Assembly: GCA_036398455.1 (NCBI GenBank)
Contig: DASWPR010000507.1
Coordinates: forward strand, 1 to 37,294
Direction: 5' to 3'
DNA: 37,294 nt
From: Dokdonella sp.
GTDB lineage: Bacteria > Pseudomonadota > Gammaproteobacteria > Xanthomonadales > Rhodanobacteraceae
Position 1 is the stretch's first letter, and each line of letters opens with the position of its first letter. Positions 19,135-28,125 of this stretch are shown here, piece after piece. The position numbers and the translations under genes are program-made. A model generated the notes under the pieces. That model was not told the DNA's origin. It saw only the letters and a program-made list of their open reading frames with translations, and ran no database searches.

Positions 19135-20535
19135 TCAGGCCGCGTAGCGGCGCCGCACGAACTCGAAATACGCGCGCAATCCCTGCGCCTCGCCGCCGCG
19201 CGGATGGCCGGGCTTGTCCGAGTCGTTCCACGAATACACGTCCAGGTGCACCCAGGCCTGCGCCTCGGGCACGAAGCGCTCCAGGAACAGCGCCGCGGTG
19301 ACCGCGCCGGCGTGGCGCGAGGCGCCTGCGTTGGCGAGATCGGCGACGTGTGAATCGAGCATCGTGAGATACGGCCGCCACAGCGGCATGCGCCAGAGCG
19401 GGTCGCGCGTGGTCTGCGCGGCGTCGAGCAGGGTGGCGGCGATCTCGTCGCGATTGGCGAACAGCGCCGGCAGCTCGGGACCGAGCGCGACGCGTGCGGC
19501 GCCGGTCAGCGTGGCGAAGTCGAGGATCAGATCGGGTTTCTGCTCGCTGGCATAGGCGAGCGCATCGCACAGCACGAGGCGGCCTTCGGCGTCGGTGTTG
19601 TCGACTTCGACGGTCAGGCCTGCGCGTGTCGTGATGATTTCGCCCGGCCGGTAGGCGTTGGCCGCGATCGAGTTTTCCACCGCCGGAACCAGCAGCGTCA
19701 GGCGCAGCGGCAGTTTCGCGGCGAGCACCAGACTGGCCAGCCCGATCGCGTGCGCGGCGCCGCCCATGTCCTTCTTCATCCAGCGCATGCCGTCGCCGGT
19801 CTTGATGTCGAGTCCGCCGGTATCGAAGCAGACGCCCTTGCCGACGATGACCAGATGCGGCGCATCGGCCGGTCCGCAGGTGAGCTGCGCAAGCCGCGGT
19901 GCACGATGGCTGGCGCGGCCGACCGCATGGATGGTCGGGAAATTCGCGGCAAGCAGCTCGTCGCCGACCCATTCGCGATAGCTCGCGCCATGCTGTTCGG
20001 CGAGTGCGCGCACCGCGCCGGCGAGTTCGGACGGTCCCATGTCCTCGGTCGGCGTGTTGATCAGGTCGCGCACGTGATAGATCGCCGGCGCCACGGTCGC
20101 CACATGCGCTGCCGTCGCCGCGTCCACGACCAGGCGCGCCGGCGCGCGCACGGGCCTGCGATAGCGCGTGAACTGATACGCGCCGAGCGCCCAGCCGAGG
20201 GCGACGTCGCTCGCATTCAGCGCAAGTCCGCGCGGGTCGAGTGCATAGCGGCCTTCCGGCAGGCGCACCGGCAGCGAGGCGAGACCGAATACCGAATCGC
20301 GGCGATCGCAGCCGGCGAGCAGCGCGATCGGCGTGCCGTCCGTGCCGGGCAGGGCGAGGAAACGCCCGTTCTCGCCCGCAAAACCGTTCGCCGCGCACCA
20401 GCGTTTCGCTTCGGCGCCGAATGTGTCGACGACGTTCGCGAAGCTCTCGCGATCGACCGCGATCAGCGGCGTTGCGCCGGCGGCGTCGGCAGGGGAGATC
20501 CAGGCATCCATCGCAATCCTCATCGTAGTGGTCAC
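19135..20535 (-). CDS. M17 leucyl aminopeptidase (PepB-like)
   Basis: VGKGVCFDTGGLDIK, MKKDMGGAA, NTDAEGRL, ATLTGA motifs. Start uncertain (20535, 20523 or 20511). Confidence 0.92.
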   Translation of the reverse strand: MTTTMRIAMDAWISPADAAGATPLIAVDRESFANVVDTFGAEAKRWCAANGFAGENGRFLALPGTDGTPIALLAGCDRRDSVFGLASLPVRLPEGRYALDPRGLALNASDVALGWALGAYQFTRYRRPVRAPARLVVDAATAAHVATVAPAIYHVRDLINTPTEDMGPSELAGAVRALAEQHGASYREWVGDELLAANFPTIHAVGRASHRAPRLAQLTCGPADAPHLVIVGKGVCFDTGGLDIKTGDGMRWMKKDMGGAAHAIGLASLVLAAKLPLRLTLLVPAVENSIAANAYRPGEIITTRAGLTVEVDNTDAEGRLVLCDALAYASEQKPDLILDFATLTGAARVALGPELPALFANRDEIAATLLDAAQTTRDPLWRMPLWRPYLTMLDSHVADLANAGASRHAGAVTAALFLERFVPEAQAWVHLDVYSWNDSDKPGHPRGGEAQGLRAYFEFVRRRYAA

Positions 20536-20633
20536 CGCGCCGGCCCGTCATTCCGGCGCATGCCGCGGCCCGGTGCCGTCAGGCCGCCAAGCCACGCCCA
20601 TCGCCGCCCGCAGGCCGGGCGTGGCGGATATTC

Positions 20634-21350
20634 TCAGGCATTCTGCTCGATCCAGCGCGCAAGCTCGCCGAGATCGCGCAGTTCGAGGTCCGGCGCGATC
20701 GCGGCGTGTCCCTGCGGCAGGGCAGCGGCGTGATCCGACCATGCCGCCGAACCGCGATTCAACCAGGCCGTGCGCAGGCCGGCGCCATGCGCGCCGACGA
20801 CATCGAGCAGAACGTCGTCGCCGACATGCAGTACGTTCTCCGGCGCGAGGCCGAGTAGCTCGCAGGCGTCGTGGAAGATCGCCGCCGCCGGTTTCGCGCT
20901 GCCGAATTCGCGCGCCGAAATGCAGTGGGCGAAGTGCTGGCGCAGGCCGATGCGCTGCAGATCGGCGTTGCCGTTCGAGATGCTGACGAGGGGAAGGCGC
21001 GCTGCGAGTGCGGCCAGCGCCGGCAGCGCATCGTCGTAGCAGTCGACCCGATTGCGCGCGGTGTAGTAGACCTCGAAGGCGGCATCGACATGTTCTTCGC
21101 CGATGCCGCAGGCGGCGAACGCGCGCTGCAGCGTCAGCAATCGCTGCGCGGTGAAATCATGCGCGAGGTCCGGGCGTTCATCGGCGATCTGTTCGCGCAA
21201 TGTGCGCATCGCCGCGATCGGCCATCGCGCGGCCACTTCGCCGTGGTGCGCGCGCAGCCATTCGTCGAGTTGCCGCTCCGCCAGCTGGATGACCGGCTCG
21301 ACCGGCCACAGCGTGTCGTCGAGATCGAGCGAGACCGCGAGGATGCGCAT
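20634..21350 (-). CDS. HAD-superfamily hydrolase (YigB-like)
   Basis: Motif I DLDDTLW, SNGN, KP, HVGDD...DVVGA. Confidence 0.9.
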   Translation of the reverse strand: MRILAVSLDLDDTLWPVEPVIQLAERQLDEWLRAHHGEVAARWPIAAMRTLREQIADERPDLAHDFTAQRLLTLQRAFAACGIGEEHVDAAFEVYYTARNRVDCYDDALPALAALAARLPLVSISNGNADLQRIGLRQHFAHCISAREFGSAKPAAAIFHDACELLGLAPENVLHVGDDVLLDVVGAHGAGLRTAWLNRGSAAWSDHAAALPQGHAAIAPDLELRDLGELARWIEQNA

Positions 21351-21372
21351 CGATGCGGCGGCAGGCGCCTGC

Positions 21373-22719
21373 TCAGCCGCCGGTCGTGCCGCCGCTGACG
21401 TTGCCGAACGTGACCGGCTTGGCAGGCTTGGCTGCGTCCGCCTTGGCGGTCGCCTTGATCTTGGCGTCCTTCTTCGCCGCGGCAGCCTTCGCCGTTGCCT
21501 TGGCCGGCTCCGCCTTCTTCTTCGGCACGGACGCGACCTCGGTCTTCTTCGCCGCATCCGGCTTCGCGGCGACTTTCTTTGCCGCCGCCTTCTTCGCTTC
21601 CGCCTTGGCCAGATTCTCGCGGGCGACCTGGGTCGATTCGGCCGTCGGCGCGATGCTCTTCTTGGCTTCGAGGGTTGCGCGCGGCGCCGAGACCGGTGTC
21701 GGCGTGGCCGCTGCCGCAACCGTCGGCGCGGCAATCGTTGCGCCGGCGGCCGCCATGGCCGCCGAAATGCCGGTGGCATCGCGGCCGACATGCTCGTCGA
21801 TGAAAGCCATGCGCTTATCGTTGCGCGCAATCACGTCGCTGGCATCCGAGTACGGCGTCAGCTGATGCCTGCGCGCGATCTCCTTCGCCGCCGGCGTCGC
21901 CAGGAACTCGAGGAAATGATCGATCGCGGCCTGCTTCGGCGAATCGACGCGCTCGGCCAGATACAGCGTGATGTAGAGCGGATAGCTGCCGTCGGCGACG
22001 GTCGCGGTGGTCGCGCCGACGCCCTCGACGCCGAGCATCTTCACGCCCTTGTTGGCGTACGTGTTCGCCATCGTCGACAGGCCGAGGCCGGCCGGATCGA
22101 GCGTGATCGCTTCTTCGAGCTTGGCGGTGTTGATGTAGAGGCGCGGAGCGGCGACGCGCTGGTCGCCATTGCGGAACACCAGTTCGCGCAAGGAGTATTC
22201 GACGCCGTCCAGCGGCGAGGCGATCGCATACAGGTTGATCGGTTTGTCTTCGCCGCCGAGGTCTTTCCAGTTCGTGATGCGGCCGTAGTAGATGTCGTGG
22301 ATCTGTTTCAGCGTGAGGCTGCTGACCGGATTCTTCGGATGCGTGATCAGCACGGCGCCGTCGAGCGCGACCGGGATGAAGTTCAGCGCGGCTTCTTCCG
22401 GACGGCGCGAATACTTGGCGCGCGCGCTGCCGGCGAAATCCGCGCTGCCCTGCGCGACGGCGTCGAGCCCGGACAAGGTGCTGAACGGCTGCAGCGAGAT
22501 CTTGCCTTTCTTGTCCTTCGCGTACTGCTTGGCGAGATCCTCCATCAGCGCGCGACCGGTCGCGTGGTCGCCGCGCCAGATCAGGTCATCGGCCGACGGC
22601 GCGGCCGCGGCCGCGGCGGGCGCCTTCGCTGCGAATGCGGGTGAGGCGATCGAGAAAAAGACGATCGAAAAAAGCGAAGTCGCGAGAACGAGAGATGTGC
22701 GGAAGCGGCGTAGCGGCAT
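21373..22719 (-). CDS. PstS-like periplasmic substrate-binding protein with a Lys/Ala-rich C-terminal tail
   Basis: Signal peptide, PVALDG, LTLKQIHDIYYGRITNWKDLGG, TVADGSYPL; tail AKKAAAKKVAAKPDAAKK... Confidence 0.82.
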   Translation of the reverse strand: MPLRRFRTSLVLATSLFSIVFFSIASPAFAAKAPAAAAAAPSADDLIWRGDHATGRALMEDLAKQYAKDKKGKISLQPFSTLSGLDAVAQGSADFAGSARAKYSRRPEEAALNFIPVALDGAVLITHPKNPVSSLTLKQIHDIYYGRITNWKDLGGEDKPINLYAIASPLDGVEYSLRELVFRNGDQRVAAPRLYINTAKLEEAITLDPAGLGLSTMANTYANKGVKMLGVEGVGATTATVADGSYPLYITLYLAERVDSPKQAAIDHFLEFLATPAAKEIARRHQLTPYSDASDVIARNDKRMAFIDEHVGRDATGISAAMAAAGATIAAPTVAAAATPTPVSAPRATLEAKKSIAPTAESTQVARENLAKAEAKKAAAKKVAAKPDAAKKTEVASVPKKKAEPAKATAKAAAAKKDAKIKATAKADAAKPAKPVTFGNVSGGTTGG

Positions 22720-22861
22720 GGTGTGGGATTCGCGCAGGAAAGTCGGCAAAAAGCGGGCGCAACCTTAACACGCGCGCCCGAGCGCTGCCGCAAACACGTG
22801 TCACATCGTGCGGTTCAGGCGCGCCTTTGCGGCGACCGGGGGGAGCGAAAGATCGAAACCC

Positions 22862-22927
22862 GAACAACACGAAGGTCGGGCGACGAAAAATCAGGCGCCC
22901 GCTTTTCCTTCGTGCCCTTCGTGGTTC
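22862..22927. repeat. Imperfect inverted repeat downstream of degP
   Basis: GAACAACACGAAGG...CCTTCGTGCCCTTCGTGGTTC enclosing an inner CGGGCG/CGCCCG stem. Confidence 0.45.
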
Positions 22928-22951
22928 AGGCTTCCCTGCTGCAGGCAGCGA

Positions 22952-24325
22952 TCACTGCAACAGCAAGTAATACGCCTCCTCGCCGCGCAGCAGGGTCAGC
23001 ATCAGCTGGCGCGGATGCGCGCCGACGAGTTTGCCGAAATCCGCGGCGCCGTCGAGGTCGCGGCGGTTCACCGCGACGATGACATCGCCACTGCGCAGGC
23101 CGTTCGCATAGGCACGACTGTTTTCGGCGACGCGGCTGACGCTGACGCCGCCGATGCCCTGGCGGCGCATGCTGTCGCCGAGTTCGCTGAACTGCACGCC
23201 GGCCAGGCGCGGGTCGAGCGCGTCGCCTTTCAGCGTCTGCAGTTCGGTCGCCTTGAGCGCCGTGTTCACCGTCAGCGGCTGGCCGTCGCGCAGCACGCCG
23301 ACGTTGACCGCGGCGCCGGCCGCGCTCAGGCCCTCGACGTTGTGCAGATCCTGCTCGCCGGTCACCGCCTTGCCGTTCAGCGACACGATCACGTCGCCGG
23401 CGCGCAAGCCGGCGCTCTCGGCCGGCGAGCCGGCGCGCACGCGCGTGATCACCGCGCCGCGGGTTTCCTTGATCGCGAGCATTCTTGAAATTTCCGGCGT
23501 GAGGTCCTGCGCATCGACGCCGAGCACGCCGCGTTTGACCGCGCCGGTCGCGACCAGCTGGCGCATCACGTCCGCCGCGAGGTTGGACGGGATCGCGAAG
23601 CCGATGCCGACGCTGCCGCCGGAGGGCGAGATGATCTGCGAGTTGATGCCGATGAGTTCGCCGCGCAGGTTGACCAGCGGGCCGCCGGAGTTGCCCGGAT
23701 TGATCGAGGCGTCGGTCTGGATGAAGTTCTGATAGCCGGAACTGCGCAGGCCGCTGCGGCCGAGCCCGGACACGATGCCCGAACTTGCGCTCTGGCCGAT
23801 GCCGAACGGATCGCCGACGGCGACGACGAAATCGCCCATGCGCAACTTCGACGAATCCGCCAGCGTCAGTGCGCTGAGCTTGTCGGCGGCGATCTGCAGC
23901 ACGGCAAGGTCGGTATCGGGATCGGTGCCGAGCACCTTGCCCTTCACCGTGCGGCCGTCGGCCAGGGTCACGTCGATGTCGTCGGCGCCTTCCACCACGT
24001 GGTTGTTGGTCAGCACGTAGCCCTTGGCGGCATCGACGACGACGCCGGAGCCGAGCGACTGCTGCACGCGTTCGCGCGGCATGTTCGGCACGCCGAAGAA
24101 GCGCCGGAAGACCGGGTCGTCGAAATACGGATTGCGCACCGCGATGCGCGTCTTCGAGGCGATGTTGACGACCGCCGGCGTCACCTGCTCGAGCATCGGC
24201 GCGAGCGAGGGCAAGGTCTGGCCGTCGATGGCCGGCGGCAGCGCCGCCTGCACGGTGCTCGCGAACAGCAGCGGAGCGGCCAGCGCCAGCGCGAGGGAAA
24301 CGGAAAGGCGGCGGATTCTCGGCAT
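22952..24325 (-). CDS. HtrA family serine endoprotease (DegP/DegQ), two PDZ domains
   Basis: LGSGVVV, TNNHV, DLAVL, TDASINPGNSGGPL; RBS AAAGGA before ATG 24325. Confidence 0.94.
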   Translation of the reverse strand: MPRIRRLSVSLALALAAPLLFASTVQAALPPAIDGQTLPSLAPMLEQVTPAVVNIASKTRIAVRNPYFDDPVFRRFFGVPNMPRERVQQSLGSGVVVDAAKGYVLTNNHVVEGADDIDVTLADGRTVKGKVLGTDPDTDLAVLQIAADKLSALTLADSSKLRMGDFVVAVGDPFGIGQSASSGIVSGLGRSGLRSSGYQNFIQTDASINPGNSGGPLVNLRGELIGINSQIISPSGGSVGIGFAIPSNLAADVMRQLVATGAVKRGVLGVDAQDLTPEISRMLAIKETRGAVITRVRAGSPAESAGLRAGDVIVSLNGKAVTGEQDLHNVEGLSAAGAAVNVGVLRDGQPLTVNTALKATELQTLKGDALDPRLAGVQFSELGDSMRRQGIGGVSVSRVAENSRAYANGLRSGDVIVAVNRRDLDGAADFGKLVGAHPRQLMLTLLRGEEAYYLLLQ

Positions 24326-24372
24326 GGGGAAACGTCCTTTTTCGGAAAGTGAGGCAAGCATCGAGGCATCGC

Positions 24373-24399
24373 TCAGACCGCACAAATCCTGTCCGGTTC
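24373..24399 (-). promoter_or_regulatory. Putative sigmaE (RpoE/AlgU-type) promoter of degP
   Basis: Minus strand reads GAACCG-16 nt-TCTGA, close to the GAACTT-N16/17-TCTGA consensus; degP is a classical sigmaE target. Confidence 0.6.
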
Positions 24400-24483
24400 G
24401 CGCGCTTTCAAGCGTTCTCTCAGTAGTCGCGGAGTCGCCATTCAGCTTCGCGGCGAGGGCGCGACAAAGGCACAAAAAAGCAC

Positions 24484-24512
24484 TTTACTTCAAGAGTTCG
24501 CAGGGGTACGGT
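24484..24512 (+). promoter_or_regulatory. Putative sigma70 promoter of nrdJa
   Basis: TTTACT-17 nt-TACGGT just upstream of the NrdR boxes. Confidence 0.35.
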
Positions 24513-24524
24513 ATCGCTCGGGCG

Positions 24525-24572
24525 ACACAATATATTGTGTTGGGCCGCGTTCACCTAACCTATACATTGGGT
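24525..24572. promoter_or_regulatory. Tandem NrdR boxes
   Basis: Perfect palindrome ACACAATATATTGTGT (24525-24540) and AACCTATACATTGGGT (24557-24572), 32 bp apart, matching acaCwAtATaTwGtgt upstream of an RNR gene. Confidence 0.92.
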
Positions 24573-24809
24573 CGGATCGAATAGCGCGATTGAATGGCGC
24601 GGGCGCGCCGACGACACGCTGCAAGTACGCGATACGGGGCAACAGATCGTCGACACGAATGCCGCAAACAGCGCTGACGACTGCATCGACGGGTCGCGCT
24701 GTGCGCAGCCGTTTTCGCAGAGAAGGGGCTGCAAAAGCGCTGCAGGGTCGACGCTGGCAAGCAGGTCGGACGCAACAGGTCCGCAGGAATCTCGGGAGAA
24801 ACAACAAGA

Positions 24810-26957
24810 ATGAGCACGGTGCGCCTCGAACAACTCGCGCGCGGCGCGGCGGACATTCCGCTGCAGCCAGCTTCATACGACATCTGGGACAAGAAATACC
24901 GCCTGAAATCCAAACAGGGCGAAGCGGTCGATACCTCGATCGATCACAGCTACCAGCGCATCGCCAAGGCGCTCGCCGATGTCGAGGCGACGCTGGAAAA
25001 GCAGAACTACTGGTACGACCGTTTCCTGTGGGCACTGCGCCGCGGTGCCATCCCGGCCGGGCGCATCACCTCGAACGCCGGCGCGCAGGAACACAAGCCG
25101 AAAACCTCGACGATCAACTGCACCGTGTCGGGCACCATCGAGGATTCGATGGACAACATCCTCGATCGGGTGCACGAGGCCGGGCTTACGCTGAAGGCCG
25201 GTTGCGGAATCGGCTATGAATTTTCCACATTGCGACCTCGTGGCGCGTATGTGTCCGGTGCGGGCGCCTACACCTCCGGCCCGCTGTCGTTCATGGATAT
25301 CTACGACAAGATGTGCTTCACGGTGTCGTCCGCCGGCGGGCGACGCGGCGCGCAGATGGGCACGTTCGACATCAGCCATCCGGATGCCAAGGAGTTCGTG
25401 CGTGCCAAGCGCGAGGACGGCCGCCTGCGCCAGTTCAACCTGTCGCTGCTGATCACCGACGGCTTCATGGATGCGGTCGAGCACGATGCCGATTGGCCGC
25501 TGGTGTTTCCGATCCACGTCAAGGAACAAGGCGAGATCGATCTGACCGACGCGGCCAAGGTGGTCTGGCGCGAATGGCCGACGCACAAGAACTACGTCGT
25601 GCGTGACGACGGCCTGGTGGCCTGCAAGATCTATGGGCACATCAAGGCGCGCCACCTGTGGGACATGATCATGGTCTCGACGTACGACTACGCCGAACCG
25701 GGCTTCATCCTGATCGACCGCGTCAACGAGATGAACAACAACTGGTGGTGCGAGCACATCCGCGCTACGAACCCCTGTGGCGAGCAACCACTCCCGCCCT
25801 ACGGCTCCTGCCTTTTGGGATCTGTGAACTTGACCACGTTTGTACGCGACCCGTTCGGCCCGAAGGCGCGCTTCGACTGGGAGGAATACCGTGAGGTGGT
25901 GCGCGTGTTCACCCGCATGCTCGACAACGTGGTCGAGATCAACGGCCTGCCGCTGCCGCAGCAGCGCGCGGAGATCGAGAGCAAGCGCCGCCACGGCATG
26001 GGCTTCCTCGGCCTCGGTTCCACCCTGACGATGCTGAAGCATCGCTACGGCACGCCGGACGCGGTCGCATTCACCGAGGAGGTCAGCCGCGAAATGGCGC
26101 TGGCCGGGTGGGAGGTTGCGCTGTCGCTGGCGAAGGAAAAAGGCCCCGCGCCGATCCTCACGCAGGAATTCAGCGTCACCGGCGAGATGCTGCGCAAGCG
26201 GCCGGAGATGGCCGCCGACGGCTGGAAGCTCGGCGATATGATCCCGGGCCGCGTCCTGCATGCCAGATACAGCCGCTACATGCAGCGCGTCGCCGGTGTC
26301 GCGCCCGAGCTCGTGCAGGAACTGGCCGAGGTCGGCGCGCGCTTCACCCACCACAGCTCGATCGCGCCGACCGGCACGATTTCCCTGTCGCTCGCCAACA
26401 ACGCCAGCAACGGCATCGAGCCGAGCTTCGCCCATCACTACAGCCGCAACGTGATCCGCGACGGCAAGAAGTCGAAGGAAAAGGTCGAGGTCTTCAGCTT
26501 CGAGCTGCTCGCCTACCGCGAACTGATCAACGGCAAGGCGATGCCGCTCTCGCAGGAACCGGAGGAAAAGCTGCCGGACTACTTCGTCTCCGCCGACGAC
26601 ATCAGTCCGGTCGAGCATGTCGATATCCAGGCCGCCGCGCAGTTGTGGGTCGACTCGTCGATCTCGAAGACCGCCAACGTGCCGACCGACTACCCCTACG
26701 AAGACTTCAAGGACATCTACCGCTACGCCCACAAGCAGGGCCTGAAGGGATGCACCACGTTCCGCTTCAATCCGGCGGCCTTCCAAGGAGTGCTGGTGAA
26801 GGAGCATGATTTAGCCAACACCACTTACCGTTTCGAACTCGAGGACGGTTCGGTGGTGGAGGCCAAAGGCAATGAAGAGATCGAGTACGATGGCGAAACG
26901 CACACCGCGGCGAACCTGTTCGATGCTCTCAAGGAAGGGTATTACGGCAAGTTCTAG
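24810..26957 (+). CDS. nrdJa: Adenosylcobalamin-dependent (class II) ribonucleotide reductase, large subunit
   Basis: PAGR, TINC, GRRGAQM, TNPCGEQPLPPYGSCLLGS, IAPTGTIS, GLKGCTTFR; lacks a C-terminal Cys tail, which is on the downstream nrdJb. Confidence 0.95.
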   Translation: MSTVRLEQLARGAADIPLQPASYDIWDKKYRLKSKQGEAVDTSIDHSYQRIAKALADVEATLEKQNYWYDRFLWALRRGAIPAGRITSNAGAQEHKPKTSTINCTVSGTIEDSMDNILDRVHEAGLTLKAGCGIGYEFSTLRPRGAYVSGAGAYTSGPLSFMDIYDKMCFTVSSAGGRRGAQMGTFDISHPDAKEFVRAKREDGRLRQFNLSLLITDGFMDAVEHDADWPLVFPIHVKEQGEIDLTDAAKVVWREWPTHKNYVVRDDGLVACKIYGHIKARHLWDMIMVSTYDYAEPGFILIDRVNEMNNNWWCEHIRATNPCGEQPLPPYGSCLLGSVNLTTFVRDPFGPKARFDWEEYREVVRVFTRMLDNVVEINGLPLPQQRAEIESKRRHGMGFLGLGSTLTMLKHRYGTPDAVAFTEEVSREMALAGWEVALSLAKEKGPAPILTQEFSVTGEMLRKRPEMAADGWKLGDMIPGRVLHARYSRYMQRVAGVAPELVQELAEVGARFTHHSSIAPTGTISLSLANNASNGIEPSFAHHYSRNVIRDGKKSKEKVEVFSFELLAYRELINGKAMPLSQEPEEKLPDYFVSADDISPVEHVDIQAAAQLWVDSSISKTANVPTDYPYEDFKDIYRYAHKQGLKGCTTFRFNPAAFQGVLVKEHDLANTTYRFELEDGSVVEAKGNEEIEYDGETHTAANLFDALKEGYYGKF

Positions 26958-27087
26958 GAATGCGCGAAGACCCGGAAGGGTCACGGCAAGTTCTGAGCAG
27001 CGGTCGCAGTGTCGTTCCCAACGCAACCCGTGATCACCGTATCCGTACCAACCATCAGGCTCACAAGACTGGAGAGGGGAACCTACC

Positions 27088-27642
27088 ATGCATAGTGAAG
27101 GTGATAGTTCCGGCAGTTCGTTCGACCATTTGAAAGAAGGCGCTTCGCAGATCGGCGGTGCCGTCGCCGACATGGCTGGCGCCGTTGCGACCTCGGTCAG
27201 CAATGCCGCTTCCGATGCCAAGGCAGCCGTCGAAAGCACCGCGAAGAAGGTCGCCAAGACCGCTGTGAAGGCGCGCAAGCAGGCGGCCCGCAAGGTGCAG
27301 GCGGTCGTCGCCAAGGCCAAGCAGGTCGTTTCCAAGAAGCCGGCGGCTGCCAAGAAGGCAGCGGCGAAGAAGGCCGCACCGTTGAAGAAGGCGGCGGCGA
27401 AGGTGGCGAAGAAAGTTGCCAAGAAAGTCGCCAAGAAGGCCGCACCGGTGAAGAAAGCAGCCAAGAAGGCCATCAAGAAAGTCGCGGCGAAGAAGGCGGT
27501 GAAGAAGGTCGCCAAGAAGGTCGCCGCGAAGAAGGTGGCGGTCAAGAAGGCAGTCAAGAAAGTCGCCAAGAAAGTTGCGAAGAAGCCCGCCGCCAAGAAG
27601 GTGGTGAAGAAGGCCGTGAAGAAGGCCGGCAAGCGCAAGTAA
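27088..27642 (+). CDS. Histone H1-like Lys/Ala-rich protein 1
   Basis: RBS GGAGAGGGG; about 50-aa helical N-terminus, then repeated AKKV/AKKA/VKKA units; strong AAG codon bias. Confidence 0.88.
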   Translation: MHSEGDSSGSSFDHLKEGASQIGGAVADMAGAVATSVSNAASDAKAAVESTAKKVAKTAVKARKQAARKVQAVVAKAKQVVSKKPAAAKKAAAKKAAPLKKAAAKVAKKVAKKVAKKAAPVKKAAKKAIKKVAAKKAVKKVAKKVAAKKVAVKKAVKKVAKKVAKKPAAKKVVKKAVKKAGKRK

Positions 27643-27660
27643 GCCGAACGCCTGTTGCGT

Positions 27661-27690
27661 CACCGGTCGATCCGCGGCGGTCGACCGGTG
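27661..27690. other. Perfect 10-bp GC hairpin after histone-like gene 1
   Basis: CACCGGTCGA...TCGACCGGTG; no U-tract. Confidence 0.55.
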
Positions 27691-27723
27691 GCGAGGTCGT
27701 CCAGAGCCGCAATGGAGAAGCGC

Positions 27724-28077
27724 ATGGCAACCCGCAGACGCACCACGATGTACAGCAGTGCCGGCAAGAAGCTCTACGCCGTCCGCAACGCCGACGGCTC
27801 GTTCAAGGACATCCAGACCTACGAACGCGCGCACCGTGCCGACATGGCGCACAAGAGCGCTGCGGAGAAGGCTGTCGCCGCGAAGAAGGCCGCCAAAAAA
27901 CCGGCAGCCAAGAAAGTTGCGAAGAAAGTTGCGAAGAAAGCCGCTGCCAAGAAGGCCGCGGTGAAGAAGTCGCCGGCAAAGAAGGCCGCCAAGAAGGCCG
28001 CCAAGAAGGTGGTCAAGAAGGTGGCCAGGAAAGCCGTCAGGAAAGCACCCGCGAAGAAGGCCGCGAAGAAGAAATAA
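27724..28077 (+). CDS. Histone H1-like Lys/Ala-rich protein 2
   Basis: RBS GGAGAAG before ATG 27724; non-repetitive N-terminus (KKLYAVRNADGSFKDIQTYERAH), then AKK repeats. Confidence 0.85.
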   Translation: MATRRRTTMYSSAGKKLYAVRNADGSFKDIQTYERAHRADMAHKSAAEKAVAAKKAAKKPAAKKVAKKVAKKAAAKKAAVKKSPAKKAAKKAAKKVVKKVARKAVRKAPAKKAAKKK

Positions 28078-28093
28078 CTCCGCGTGCCCGCGC

Positions 28094-28125
28094 CGGGCGC
28101 CGCTGCCGATTGCGCGCGGCGCCCG
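28094..28125. other. Perfect 10-bp GC hairpin after histone-like gene 2
   Basis: CGGGCGCCGC...GCGGCGCCCG; no U-tract. Confidence 0.5.

Noticed and set aside
24573-24809. Canonical cobalamin riboswitch upstream of nrdJa
   Set aside because: No recognisable B12 box or conserved core by eye; kept only as a generic structured leader.
24810-26957. Intein or intron within nrdJa
   Set aside because: Protein length and motif spacing are continuous; no splicing or endonuclease motifs.
27240-28075. Repetitive DNA as a possible CRISPR or tandem array
   Set aside because: Repeats are codon-level AKK units with synonymous variation; no constant repeat with unique spacers and no cas genes.
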